Assembly: GCA_002499195.1 (NCBI GenBank)
Contig: DAKS01000039.1
Span: 11,720-75,719 of the forward strand
Reading direction: 5' to 3'
Length of the DNA: 64,000 nucleotides
Source of the DNA: Euryarchaeota archaeon UBA443
GTDB taxonomy: Archaea; Thermoplasmatota; Poseidoniia; Poseidoniales; Poseidoniaceae
Shown here: positions 18,560 to 28,522 of the stretch, piece by piece
Layout of the letters: each line of letters opens with the position of its first letter
Position numbering within the stretch: position 1 is the stretch's first letter
Translations under genes and position numbers: made by a program
Notes under the pieces: generated by a model
Databases searched by the model: none
Told to the model about the DNA's origin: nothing
Seen by the model: the letters and a program-made list of their open reading frames with translations, nothing else

Positions 18560-20695
18560 TTGAGCATCGGCCGCCGAATCTTTCTCAAACTTTGTCGATT
18601 TGGCAAGTTCATGTCCGCTGATGATGGCCCATACATTCCAGCGGACCAGGAACCGAAGGAACTTACATTGCGTGTCCTTGTCGTAGGAGTAATTCTTGGA
18701 ATCTTAATGACTGCAGCAAACGCATATCTTGGACTGTATGCAGGGATGACGGTTTCAGCGAGTATTCCTGCTGCAGTCATGTCAATGCTAATTTTGCGTA
18801 GCATGTTCAAGGACGTAAGTATTCTCGAAAATAATGCTGTTCAAACGATGGCTAGTGCTGGTGAATCATTGGCAGCCGGTGTTATTTTCACCGTTCCAGC
18901 TATGCTCGTAATTGGAATATGGGTAGATATCGAATGGTTCCCAACCTTATCGATTGCTTTGCTAGGTGGACTTCTTGGAACAATGTTCACCATCGCATTA
19001 CGCCGTCTCTTCATTGTCGAGGAAGCCTTACCCTACCCGGAAGGAGTTGCCTGTAGAGAAGTTCTTGTGGCTGGGGAAGAAGGAGGCAGTGGTGCATTGG
19101 CGATCGTCTATGCTCTAGGAATCGGTGCTCTGTACGGGCTTATGGTCAAGGGATTCAAAGTCACACACCATTCTGCTGAGACAGCATTTGAATTCATGAA
19201 AACTAGGATGTATGCTGGTATTGACTTGTCAGTAGCACTACTATCTGTTGGTTTTATTGTCGGAATACGAATCGCATCATTCATATTTTTGGGTGGAATT
19301 ATTGGCTTTGGCATTTTAGTTCCACTCTTTGGATACTTGAACGGTTGGCCAGAATCGGACACCCTCGCTGGAGGATTTGACAAATTATGGCTTGAGCAAG
19401 TTCGTTACGTTGGAGTCGGAGCAATGGTTGTGGGAGGAATTTACACCCTCTGGAGCATGCGAAAAACCATTATCACTGGACTGAAAAAGTCCTTCGATCA
19501 AAGTAGTTCAGATTCAGAATTACATTTGCGAACAGAGAAGGATCTTCCAATGAAATGGGTCACTGTTACATGTGGAGTTCTTGTTGTCCTAACCTTCTTC
19601 TTCTACTGGCTCATTACGGGATCATTGCTTCTTTCTCTTGCGGGTGCCTTATTCCTTGCATTAGTGGCATTTTTCTTTGCCGCGGTTGCTGGCTACATCG
19701 CTGGCGTGGTCGGGTCAAGTAACTCACCTGTATCAGGAATGACAATTGCCACACTGTTATTCACCGTTGGACTTGTTTGGATTGTTGGCTCATTGATTCT
19801 TGACCTATCGCAAACCGAACTAATGTATGCAACATTACTGATCGCTGCTGTTGTTGCAAGCAGTGCAGCAATTGCAGGCGATGTGATGCAGGACCTCAAG
19901 ACCGGTCATATGGTAGGAGCAACTCCTTGGCGTCAACAAATAGCAGAGATTGTTGGAGTCATTACAGGTGCATTCGTGATTGGACCCACTATTGCCCTTT
20001 TGCACAAAGCATTCCAAATTTCATCTACTGCGTGTATCGCAACAAATGAACGAATTGGAGCGGGTTTGCAAGATCCAATCGATACACCTGATGGCTTCTA
20101 CGATTGTAACGATGCACTTTTTGCACCTCAAGCAGAACTTATTGGTGCGATTGTAAAAGGCGCATTTGTCGGAGATATGAATCTGCCAATGGTCTTCCTT
20201 GGTGCTGCACTTGCCGTCCTATTGATTCGTCTTTCAATGCCTGTGATGTCTGTAGCGATTGGAATTTATCTACCGTTGAAACTAAGCGTTCCAATTATGC
20301 TTGGTGGGATTTTGTCCTCACTAGCTATTGGTGCGGCTTACCTTAGAGTTGATGGAACCCTTGATCGGAAACCATCCAAGAAGGCAAAAGAAGCTGCAGC
20401 AGATGTAGAGAGCAGAGGAGTTCTAATCGGAGCCGGCTTTATCGCTGGAGAGTCAATTCTTGGAGTTCTAATAGCAGTTCTAATCGTACTAAATATTAAA
20501 CTCGACGAAGAGTTCGGTATTCACGAATTATCTCAATCATTATCCATTCTCTTCTTCGCATGGTTTGTTGGAGTATTCATTTGGTTGGCTACGAGAGCAC
20601 TTCCTGGAAGTGGAAATTTAGCAAAGGAGATTTTTACAACTGCAACTCACTCTATCAAGAAATTTATTCGTTCTCTGATTCCTCAATCCAAATAA
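18560..20695 (+). CDS. OPT-family oligopeptide transporter.
   Basis: A 711-aa polytopic membrane protein with OPT-superfamily N-terminal and central conserved regions. An alternative start lies at 18620 (MSADDGPY). Confidence 0.75.
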   Translation: MSIGRRIFLKLCRFGKFMSADDGPYIPADQEPKELTLRVLVVGVILGILMTAANAYLGLYAGMTVSASIPAAVMSMLILRSMFKDVSILENNAVQTMASAGESLAAGVIFTVPAMLVIGIWVDIEWFPTLSIALLGGLLGTMFTIALRRLFIVEEALPYPEGVACREVLVAGEEGGSGALAIVYALGIGALYGLMVKGFKVTHHSAETAFEFMKTRMYAGIDLSVALLSVGFIVGIRIASFIFLGGIIGFGILVPLFGYLNGWPESDTLAGGFDKLWLEQVRYVGVGAMVVGGIYTLWSMRKTIITGLKKSFDQSSSDSELHLRTEKDLPMKWVTVTCGVLVVLTFFFYWLITGSLLLSLAGALFLALVAFFFAAVAGYIAGVVGSSNSPVSGMTIATLLFTVGLVWIVGSLILDLSQTELMYATLLIAAVVASSAAIAGDVMQDLKTGHMVGATPWRQQIAEIVGVITGAFVIGPTIALLHKAFQISSTACIATNERIGAGLQDPIDTPDGFYDCNDALFAPQAELIGAIVKGAFVGDMNLPMVFLGAALAVLLIRLSMPVMSVAIGIYLPLKLSVPIMLGGILSSLAIGAAYLRVDGTLDRKPSKKAKEAAADVESRGVLIGAGFIAGESILGVLIAVLIVLNIKLDEEFGIHELSQSLSILFFAWFVGVFIWLATRALPGSGNLAKEIFTTATHSIKKFIRSLIPQSK

Positions 20696-20748
20696 TTCAA
20701 CGGCAATTATGAAAGGCTCAAAGCGATGGCCAATGTTTACTGGTCATC

Positions 20749-21573
20749 ATGTCTGCTTCGATTTCAGAATTGGAAGAACTCGCCCGACGTTGCCGAATTG
20801 AAATTGTCAAAATGGTTTATCGTGCCCAAGCAGGACACCCAGGAGGGTCACTATCTGAAATCGACCTCATTGCAGCCCTTTATTCAACGACCATGCGTGT
20901 GCGACCAGAAGACCCAGACTGGGCTGATAGAGATCGCTTCATTCTCTCAAAGGGACATGCTTCACCAGGGATGTATGCATTACTCGCTGAGAAAGGATTC
21001 ATTCAGCACCAAGATTTGCATTCTTACCGTGTTCTCGGAGGAATTTGCCAAGGACACGTGGATATGAAGTGGTGTCCTGGAGTCGATTTCAGTGCAGGCA
21101 GTCTAGGAATGGGCCTTTCGTTTGGTATGGGATGCGCACTTGCAGCACGTCTTGATGGAAGTGAACGTCGAGCGTTCGTCATGCTCGGTGATGGAGAAAT
21201 TCAAGAAGGTTCAATCTGGGAAGCGGCAATGGCTGCAACACACCATGAATTGGGGAACTTGAAGGTAATTCTCGATCGTAATAGAATTCAGAACGACGAT
21301 TTTTGCCAAGAACAGATGCGCATGTTCGACATTCCTGCAAAATGGAAAGCATTCGGCTGGAATGTAAAGGAAATTGATGGCCACAATATGGAAGAGATTG
21401 TTGAAGGAATTAAATTCCTGGATTCTTCGAATGATGGCCCATCTATTTTGATTGCTCATACGATAAAGGGTAAAGGCGTCTCCTTCATGGAAGACAATCC
21501 ATCGTTCCATGGGGCGGCTCCAAATGATGAGCAATATGCTCTGGCTATGAGCGAACTAGGGGTGGTTGAATGA
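20749..21573 (+). CDS. tkt: Transketolase, N-terminal (TPP pyrophosphate-binding) subunit.
   Basis: HPGGSLS, GDGE and other TPP-binding motifs are present. The split-tkt arrangement continues with the C-terminal subunit at 21570. Confidence 0.9.
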   Translation: MSASISELEELARRCRIEIVKMVYRAQAGHPGGSLSEIDLIAALYSTTMRVRPEDPDWADRDRFILSKGHASPGMYALLAEKGFIQHQDLHSYRVLGGICQGHVDMKWCPGVDFSAGSLGMGLSFGMGCALAARLDGSERRAFVMLGDGEIQEGSIWEAAMAATHHELGNLKVILDRNRIQNDDFCQEQMRMFDIPAKWKAFGWNVKEIDGHNMEEIVEGIKFLDSSNDGPSILIAHTIKGKGVSFMEDNPSFHGAAPNDEQYALAMSELGVVE

Positions 21574-22508
21574 GTCGCATGGCTGCAACACGTGATGGTT
21601 ACGGCCAAGCCCTACTCGAATTAGCGGATAATGATCGAGTTGTTGTATTGGAAGCCGATCTTGGTAAATCAACAAAATCGCTCCACTTTAGAAAAGAATA
21701 TCCTGAGCGAACAATATCATGCGGAATTGGTGAGCAGAATATGCTACTAGTATCTGCTGGAATGGCTTCTAGCGGTTACATTCCATTCGCCTCAACATTT
21801 GCTATCTTTACAGAACGAGCCTTTGAACAGATGCGCAATGGTGTTGCTCGACCAAACCTAGCGGTTCATTTGTGTGGTTCTCACGGAGGCACACACACTG
21901 GAACTGATGGTTCTTCAGCTCAATCGATAGAGGATTTAGCAATCTATAGAACATTGCCTAACGTTACGGTTTTGCATCCTTGTGACGATGTAAGTACGCG
22001 ATTGCTGACCAAACAACTTGCTGATTCCAACAAACCATCCTATATGCGAACTGCGAGAAACAAAACTCCAGTTCTCTATGACGATGTAGATCAAAGTACA
22101 ATTCAAATCGGCAAGGGTATTGAACTTCGTGAAGGAAATGATGTTGCGATTATTGCATGTGGAGTTCTTGTATCTGAAGCACTCAAGGCGGCTGAAGATT
22201 TGAGCCAACAAGGCATCCAAGCTACCGTTATCGACATGCATACTATCAAGCCGCTCGATACAGATTTAGTCGACAAAGTGGCCTCAAGATGTGGTGCTAT
22301 CGTCACAGCAGAAGATCACTCGGTCATCGGTGGACTTGGTGGAGCAGTTTCCGAGCATCTTTCCACATCATCATGTACACCATTGGAGCGTGTTGGAGTT
22401 AAGGATCGATTTGGAGAATCGGGACAAGCCGACGAGATGTTGGAACTTATGGAGCTGAGCGCACCACACATTGCAAAGGCAGCACATCGCGCTATGAATC
22501 GCAAATGA
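21570..22508 (+). CDS. tkt: Transketolase, C-terminal (pyrimidine-binding) subunit.
   Basis: ATGA overlap with the upstream subunit. The transketolase pyrimidine-binding and C-terminal domains are present. Confidence 0.9.
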   Translation: MSRMAATRDGYGQALLELADNDRVVVLEADLGKSTKSLHFRKEYPERTISCGIGEQNMLLVSAGMASSGYIPFASTFAIFTERAFEQMRNGVARPNLAVHLCGSHGGTHTGTDGSSAQSIEDLAIYRTLPNVTVLHPCDDVSTRLLTKQLADSNKPSYMRTARNKTPVLYDDVDQSTIQIGKGIELREGNDVAIIACGVLVSEALKAAEDLSQQGIQATVIDMHTIKPLDTDLVDKVASRCGAIVTAEDHSVIGGLGGAVSEHLSTSSCTPLERVGVKDRFGESGQADEMLELMELSAPHIAKAAHRAMNRK

Positions 22509-22550
22509 GGCAACCATCATATTCAAGAAGCGCCAATTCAAGGAACTCTC

Positions 22551-23210
22551 ATGGAGTTCTTCCTTGATACCGCCGATGTTGATGAAATTCGTGAGATTGC
22601 TGCTTGGGGAATCCTCGACGGAGTGACAACCAATCCTAGTTTGATCAAAAAAAGTGGTCGTGATTTCAAAGAAGTTGTTCGAGAAATTGCAGGGATTTGT
22701 TCTGGACCGATTTCAGCAGAAGTCACAGCAATGGATACGCAAGGAATGCTTGAACAAGCACGCCAGTTAAAATCGGAACTACCTGAAAATGTTATCATAA
22801 AAATTCCATGCACTCCCGAAGGGCTTGCTGCAACCAAAGTTCTTACCGAGGAAGGTGTCGATACCAACGTAACACTCATCTTTTCAGCATCTCAAGCACT
22901 GATGGCGGCTAAGGCAGGAGCTACCTATGTTTCACCATTCATTGGTCGTATCGATGATACTGGGCATGAGGGTATGAATCTCATCGCAGAGATTATGGAA
23001 ACCTGGGCAAGGTATGATGTATCGACAAAAGTACTGGCAGCATCTATTCGCCACCCCACACATGTCTTGCAATGCATGCAACTTGGAGCCCATACGGCAA
23101 CAATGCCAGCCAAGATTTTCCGACAGTTGATGAAACATCCACTTACAGACAAAGGACTGGAAGGTTTCATGCGTGACTGGGCCGAAGTTGAGGCGGCAGG
23201 CAAGGCCTGA
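22551..23210 (+). CDS. tal: Transaldolase / fructose-6-phosphate aldolase family (type 3B).
   Basis: [32 protein letters not shown] is a typical short transaldolase. Length is 219 aa. Confidence 0.85.
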   Translation: MEFFLDTADVDEIREIAAWGILDGVTTNPSLIKKSGRDFKEVVREIAGICSGPISAEVTAMDTQGMLEQARQLKSELPENVIIKIPCTPEGLAATKVLTEEGVDTNVTLIFSASQALMAAKAGATYVSPFIGRIDDTGHEGMNLIAEIMETWARYDVSTKVLAASIRHPTHVLQCMQLGAHTATMPAKIFRQLMKHPLTDKGLEGFMRDWAEVEAAGKA

Positions 23211-23279
23211 GAATTAAAACTCAAGAAAAGGAGCCTTCATCAATGATGGGGCATCAGCCCATACCACTGAGGGAGCGTC

Positions 23280-23849
23280 GTGAGTGATATTCAGGAGCGT
23301 CTGCAAAAACTTCTCGATGGAGAGTTGGATGCTGCTGAAGTTGCCGAAGATCCTGCACTTGCATCTCTTGCAGATCGTCTTTATGGAATTAAAATTCAAC
23401 CCGCTACGCCTAAGAAAATAAGAGATTTTGATGAGCAAACAACTGCCCCGTCTGCACCACTACCCGCTACAGAAATGATGATCGAAGTAATTGGAGATGT
23501 TGCATTGGAGCACCCTCCTGCACCTACAGCAGAACTTCCTGCACTTGCACCCATTCCGACTGCAGGGAAAGATGACAAATCCTTTGGCATGATGAGTTTC
23601 ATTTCCATAATCGGTCTACTCGCCGTTATCGCCAACATGTTTGGCTACCTTCACTCTCTTGTCGGTTCAATGTGCACCAACGCATGTGCAAATGAAGGAC
23701 ATACGAAGATGAATCTTCTTGAAATTTACCGACTTGATTCAACAAACGGTTGGAGCCTTCCAGTTACTGAAGGCGTAATTGGAATCCCCGATATTGCTGC
23801 TATCATCGGCTTGTTGGCAATGGTCTTCCTCTTGCGTAAGAAGTCCTGA
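23280..23849 (+). CDS. Hypothetical membrane protein with a C-terminal TM plus basic tail.
   Basis: Acidic N-region; two similar TM segments (IIGLLAVIANMF and IIGLLAMVFLL). The protein ends ...GIPDIAAIIGLLAMVFLLRKKS. Confidence 0.4.
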   Translation: MSDIQERLQKLLDGELDAAEVAEDPALASLADRLYGIKIQPATPKKIRDFDEQTTAPSAPLPATEMMIEVIGDVALEHPPAPTAELPALAPIPTAGKDDKSFGMMSFISIIGLLAVIANMFGYLHSLVGSMCTNACANEGHTKMNLLEIYRLDSTNGWSLPVTEGVIGIPDIAAIIGLLAMVFLLRKKS

Positions 23850-23854
23850 AGACG

Positions 23855-25438
23855 TTGAACAAACGGTTTTTTCTCCGTCATCTTGATGAGCAGGTGCAGA
23901 AAGGAACCACCATGGGCAAACCAGCGAAGGCCAAGAGGGGGATTCCAAGCAAAGTTGAAGATTTCAACGCTTGGTATCCATTCATCGTTGAAGCTGCTGA
24001 ACTTGTTGACAAGCGTTATCCAATCAAAGGGATGGATGTTTGGAGGCCATATGGATGGAAAGCCATGAGGCAAATCGATGCTCTCACACATTCAGAAATG
24101 GACCGAACAGGACACGAAGAAGTCAACTTCCCACTCCTTATCCCCGAGGATTTACTTGAGAAAGAAAATGCTCTCGTATCTAGATTGAAGCGGGCTAGAG
24201 AAGAGGGAGTTGATCCTGATGAACTTCGCGATGAAGATGAGGAAGCAGGATTCAAGAAAGAAGTCTATTGGGTGAAGCATGCTGGTGAAAATGAACTCGA
24301 CATACCCATGTTTTTACGACCGACCAGCGAGACTGCAATGTACACGATGTTCCCATTATGGATAAGGAGTCACAAGGATTTACCATTGAAAGTATACCAA
24401 ATGGTCAATACATTTCGTTATGAGACTAAACAAACTCGCTCCTTTATTCGCGTCCGAGAAATTCATTTCTTTGAAGCACATACTGCACATGCTAATGAAG
24501 AGGATGCTACGCGACAAATCGAGCAGGATTTGGAAATTGTTGATCGATTGATGGAGAAACTTTGCCTCCCAATAATCAAAGCAAAACGACCGGTATGGGA
24601 CACGTTTCCTGGCGCTCATTATACGATTGGTATCGATGCTGTCATGCCAAATGGTCGAACCCTACAAGTTGCAAGTTGCCACCATTATCTCGACCAATGG
24701 GCAAAAGCATTCGATATTACATATGAGAATCTCGAAGCCAAGCAACAACACGTCCATCAAACAACGTATGGAATGTCAGAACGTTTGCTTGGCGCGGTTG
24801 TTGGTATGCATGGAGATGATTCTGGACTTATCATGCCTCCTGCTATCGCTCCATGGCAAGTTGTTGTATGCCCGATGATTCGGAAGAATTCCGATGTAGA
24901 TACTGTCGCAATTTCACATGAAGTTGCCGAGACTCTTCGAAACGCAGGATTGCGCGTTCACGTCGATGACCGAGATCTTCATCCTGGACAGAAATATTAC
25001 GATTGGGAGATTAAAGGTGTTCCACTGAGACTAGATATTGGACCTCGTGATGTAGAGCAAGGTACTGCATTTGCTGCAAAGCGCACAGGAGGAAAACAGC
25101 CACTACCAATGGATAATATCGTCCAATCTGTTAATGAAGTATTGGACGAAATCTCGGAAGTTCTCCGAGGCCGATCAAGCGAACATATGGAACATGTCAT
25201 TCAGCCTCTGCCCGGATTTGTTGAGAATGACGGGGAATGGAGCATGAATGGTGAAGTGAAAGAAGGTCACATCTACGAGTTACCGTTTGATGGCACAGAT
25301 GCACATGCAGAGGTTATCGAACGAACAACTGGTTTGACATTCTTAGGTGATTCAACCGATGAATATGCGGATGAGCGACCTTGTCACATGAGTGGAAAAC
25401 CCACAAAACGTCGAGTTCTTCTTGCAAAGACCTACTGA
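23855..25438 (+). CDS. proS: Prolyl-tRNA synthetase (archaeal/eukaryotic type).
   Basis: Class II motifs (FRYETKQTRSFIRVREIHFFEAH) and an anticodon-binding domain are present. The real start is probably the ATG at 23912 (MGKPAKAK...). Confidence 0.9.
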   Translation: MNKRFFLRHLDEQVQKGTTMGKPAKAKRGIPSKVEDFNAWYPFIVEAAELVDKRYPIKGMDVWRPYGWKAMRQIDALTHSEMDRTGHEEVNFPLLIPEDLLEKENALVSRLKRAREEGVDPDELRDEDEEAGFKKEVYWVKHAGENELDIPMFLRPTSETAMYTMFPLWIRSHKDLPLKVYQMVNTFRYETKQTRSFIRVREIHFFEAHTAHANEEDATRQIEQDLEIVDRLMEKLCLPIIKAKRPVWDTFPGAHYTIGIDAVMPNGRTLQVASCHHYLDQWAKAFDITYENLEAKQQHVHQTTYGMSERLLGAVVGMHGDDSGLIMPPAIAPWQVVVCPMIRKNSDVDTVAISHEVAETLRNAGLRVHVDDRDLHPGQKYYDWEIKGVPLRLDIGPRDVEQGTAFAAKRTGGKQPLPMDNIVQSVNEVLDEISEVLRGRSSEHMEHVIQPLPGFVENDGEWSMNGEVKEGHIYELPFDGTDAHAEVIERTTGLTFLGDSTDEYADERPCHMSGKPTKRRVLLAKTY

Positions 25439-25770
25439 TTTTGAAGAAATTCAAGAATCAATTCGGGCGGTCGACCAATAACTGCTTGTCCATTGTGGAT
25501 CAAAACTGGACGTTCCAAGCACTTTGGTTGTTCAAGAATTAATTGTTGTATCGATTTGGCATCCAAATTCTTGACATCAAAATCTCCAACTACATCTTTC
25601 CTGCGAACGATGTTTGATAGTGTTGATAAAATCACAACATCGCTGGAATCAATTCCTTCCGTAAGGTAGCGATAGTCTTCAAATTCAAATCCTGCTTCTG
25701 TAAGTAATGCAACCGCTTGTCTTGATTTGGAACATTTTGGATTGTGGTAAAGACGCATATGATCACGCAT
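25432..25770 (-). CDS. ArsC/Spx-family (thioredoxin-fold, arsenate-reductase-like) protein.
   Basis: YHNPKCSKSRQA matches the ArsC-family YxNPxCSxSR motif. Length is 112 aa. Confidence 0.7.
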   Translation of the reverse strand: MRDHMRLYHNPKCSKSRQAVALLTEAGFEFEDYRYLTEGIDSSDVVILSTLSNIVRRKDVVGDFDVKNLDAKSIQQLILEQPKCLERPVLIHNGQAVIGRPPELILEFLQNQ

Positions 25771-25773
25771 TCA

Positions 25774-27144
25774 TCACATACCGAAAGAAGATGGGTCCAT
25801 GTCCATCTCACCATCTTTCATCATCTTACGCATTTGCTTGTTCAACTTGCGGTTTCCACCCATACCCTTCATCATCTTTCGAGAACGTTTCCATTGTGCG
25901 ATAAGTTCCCTGACATCTTTTTCCTTGACGCCGGAACCTCGAGCAATTCTCTGTATTCGCTCCGCCTTGATCTTAGCAGGTTCGTTCTTTTCCCAGGCAG
26001 TCATAGAATCCATAATTGTTCGATAGCGATCAAGATTGCCCTGCATCGCTTCTTTTTGTGATTTCGACATACCACCTAGGCCACCAAACATACTTCCTGG
26101 TAAGAACGACATGAGTTTGTCGATAGTACCTACCTTAGCCATCATTTCCATTTGTTTGTACATGTCATTAAGCGTAAATCGTCCTGACATCAGACGTTGA
26201 GTTAGACGCATTGCCTCTTCTTCATCCAAATCTTCTGGTGCAAGATCGATAAGTCCACGAATATCTCCCATTCCAAGCAATCGTGATATGAATCGGTCCG
26301 CTTCGAATTTCTCAAGATCTGATACCTTCTCACCAACACCGATGTGAACCAATGGAGCACCTGTTGCAGCAACTGCTGACAAGGCGCCACCACCACGAGC
26401 AGTACCATCCAATTTTGTAACAACAATTCCTGTCACACCAGCAAGATCGTGGAATGAGGCTGCCACAGGACCTGCAGCCTGTCCAACTTGAGCATCGATT
26501 ACCAACCAACGTTCCGTAGCTCTAGTTATCGAAGCAATTCGTTCCAATTCCTCGACAAGTTCCTCGTCCAGTTGGTGGCGACCTGCAGTATCGACGATGA
26601 CGAGATCTGCGGCAGCACAGGCAGCCAAACCATTACGAACAATTGTTGCTGCATCCTTTTCATCGGGTTCACCATAAACAGTTACACTAGAATCTTCAAG
26701 CAGTTGCGATAACTGAGCGTAAGCACCTGGTCGGTGAACGTCAGCTTCGATGACAGCGACACGCAAACCGTGCTTTTTTCGATACCACTCTGCCAATTTT
26801 GCTGTCGTCGTGGTTTTACCTTGACCGTACAGGCCCACAAGAAGAAGTGTTGCGCCACGTGGTTGGAATTCATGACTGCTCCCAAGAATTCGGACCAATT
26901 CGAGATAGAGAATGTTCATCGCCTGTGTTTGAAGATCGATTCCAGGTCGAGGCTCTTCCTCACGCATTCTCTCTTCCAAACGATCGACGATTTCCTTGGT
27001 CTGCCTTACGTTGAAATCAGCTTCTTGCAAGGCCCGACGAAGACTCTTTGTCATCTCCTTGAGTTCTTCCTCATTGAGTCGACGCTTACTTCGAAGAAGA
27101 CCTAGGGAACGGAAAATCCCACGTGAGAGACCTTCAAGCGCCAT
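25774..27144 (-). CDS. srp54: Signal recognition particle protein SRP54.
   Basis: N domain, G domain (GLYGQGKTTT, DTAGR) and a Met-rich M domain at the C-terminus. Confidence 0.92.
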   Translation of the reverse strand: MALEGLSRGIFRSLGLLRSKRRLNEEELKEMTKSLRRALQEADFNVRQTKEIVDRLEERMREEEPRPGIDLQTQAMNILYLELVRILGSSHEFQPRGATLLLVGLYGQGKTTTTAKLAEWYRKKHGLRVAVIEADVHRPGAYAQLSQLLEDSSVTVYGEPDEKDAATIVRNGLAACAAADLVIVDTAGRHQLDEELVEELERIASITRATERWLVIDAQVGQAAGPVAASFHDLAGVTGIVVTKLDGTARGGGALSAVAATGAPLVHIGVGEKVSDLEKFEADRFISRLLGMGDIRGLIDLAPEDLDEEEAMRLTQRLMSGRFTLNDMYKQMEMMAKVGTIDKLMSFLPGSMFGGLGGMSKSQKEAMQGNLDRYRTIMDSMTAWEKNEPAKIKAERIQRIARGSGVKEKDVRELIAQWKRSRKMMKGMGGNRKLNKQMRKMMKDGEMDMDPSSFGM

Positions 27145-27185
27145 ACATTACCCACCAAGCCTTCTCCTTTCAATCCAACGGATGT

Positions 27186-28442
27186 TCACTCAGTGAGTGG
27201 TACTTCGAGTCGGAGTATATCATCCTCAAGTTTGGCCTTAACCTGTGTAGACTTTGCTGGTGATGTTGTTGGAATCGCATGCTCGCGTCCGTTTACACCA
27301 ACAAATAGGACCCCCTCCTCGCTCCGCAGCGAAAGATCTTCTCGTTGCAATCCAGGGAAATGAAGATTAATGATTTCAACACCATCTCCTTGTTCGATGT
27401 ATGTTCCACGATGAATTGAGTGTTTCAATCGATCTCCTACTGCATAGGGGCCGAGTTCTTCGGAGAGGGTTTTTGGCTCACCATACAACAAAGTTCCATA
27501 ATTACGCAAACGTTCCAAACCTTGGACTTCTGAATCAAATAATTCCATGGTAGTTACCGGTATATCGAGCGTTTCTTCCAATTCAGCAATATGGGCCTGT
27601 TCTTCAGTTCTCCTCCTTTGCAAGAAAGGATGGTCAAGTTCTGGCGTGACTCGATTCACCAGACAACCCGTTACTGGAAGTTCGTATTCGTTAAGCGATA
27701 CATTGGCACGTACTGTCTCGTTTACCCCCATACGCTCAGGTATTGTAACAAGTGTAAACGATGTTGTTGATGAATCGCTTAACACTCGGCGAACGTGAAG
27801 AACTCGACGACGGAATCGCTCCAACTCTTCTTTCATAGCATCACTTTGCTTTCTCCCAAATAGCATGGAGCGAATACCACCAGAAACTCGCATCATTCGA
27901 AGCAATCGACCCGACCACGCTTCGATCAGTTCTGGTAAGGAAAGGAAACGTAGCGTATGTCCTGTAGGAGCTGTATCGAAAACAATTACATCCCATGCAG
28001 GATTTTCAACATGTTTGAGTAGTTCGTCAAAGGCAATCGCCTCGTCAAGACCGGGGAGTACCAATTCACTCGAATCTACTTCTTCTTTGATCGAAGCCAT
28101 CTCTTCTTTAGCGGATTGATCAAACATTCCACCCATTCCCCCCAAAGCAGAAAAGGGCGAAGAAGACATTCCTGAGAGACTTTCACCGAGTTTGGGCATG
28201 AATGTCGATAACTTAGCCTCTGGATTCAATTCGAGACCAAAAAGACCCGGGACTCCTTCAACTGGTGTTGGCTCAGAACCAAGGTCAACACCCAGTGAAT
28301 CAGATGTAGAATGAGCAGGATCACTAGAAACAAGCAGTACTTTGAGGCCCGAATCAGCAAGCCACACCGCGGTTGATGCGGAAGTTGTAGTTTTTCCAAC
28401 ACCGCCCTTGCCGCCAAACAGCAACAACCTCGCCATGGTCAT
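27186..28442 (-). CDS. ArsA/Get3-family ATPase with a C-terminal HSP20-like (alpha-crystallin/CS-type) domain.
   Basis: P-loop GKGGVGKTT and an ArsA/Get3 core are present. The C-terminal about-90 aa look like an HSP20-like beta-sandwich (EIINLHFPGLQREDLSLRSEEGVLFV...LRLEVPL). Confidence 0.8.
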   Translation of the reverse strand: MTMARLLLFGGKGGVGKTTTSASTAVWLADSGLKVLLVSSDPAHSTSDSLGVDLGSEPTPVEGVPGLFGLELNPEAKLSTFMPKLGESLSGMSSSPFSALGGMGGMFDQSAKEEMASIKEEVDSSELVLPGLDEAIAFDELLKHVENPAWDVIVFDTAPTGHTLRFLSLPELIEAWSGRLLRMMRVSGGIRSMLFGRKQSDAMKEELERFRRRVLHVRRVLSDSSTTSFTLVTIPERMGVNETVRANVSLNEYELPVTGCLVNRVTPELDHPFLQRRRTEEQAHIAELEETLDIPVTTMELFDSEVQGLERLRNYGTLLYGEPKTLSEELGPYAVGDRLKHSIHRGTYIEQGDGVEIINLHFPGLQREDLSLRSEEGVLFVGVNGREHAIPTTSPAKSTQVKAKLEDDILRLEVPLTE

Positions 28443-28522
28443 GACACATTGAGGGGGTGTTTGAACTCATTGCCTCCATTTATTCCTAATCATCTTATGT
28501 AGGCGAGTCTTCAGGACAGATT

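Noticed and set aside
20726-21067. A 113-aa ORF in another frame overlapping the transketolase N-subunit start.
   Set aside because: It lies out of frame across conserved tkt sequence and has no motif.
23280-23400. The N-terminus LQKLLDGELDAAEVAE of the 23280 protein resembling a bacterial anti-sigma-factor (zf-HC2) N-region.
   Set aside because: There is no Cys/His ligand set, and the genome is archaeal. The similarity is just a short acidic helix.
23883-24068. A 61-aa ORF inside proS, and similar ORFs (24016..24255, 24380..24619, 24997..25200) antisense to proS.
   Set aside because: They are embedded in or antisense to a confidently assigned aminoacyl-tRNA synthetase.
26202-27105. ORFs on both strands inside SRP54 (26202..26426, 26488..26712, 26734..27105, 26799..27014).
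   Set aside because: They overlap the conserved SRP54 G and M domains and are spurious.
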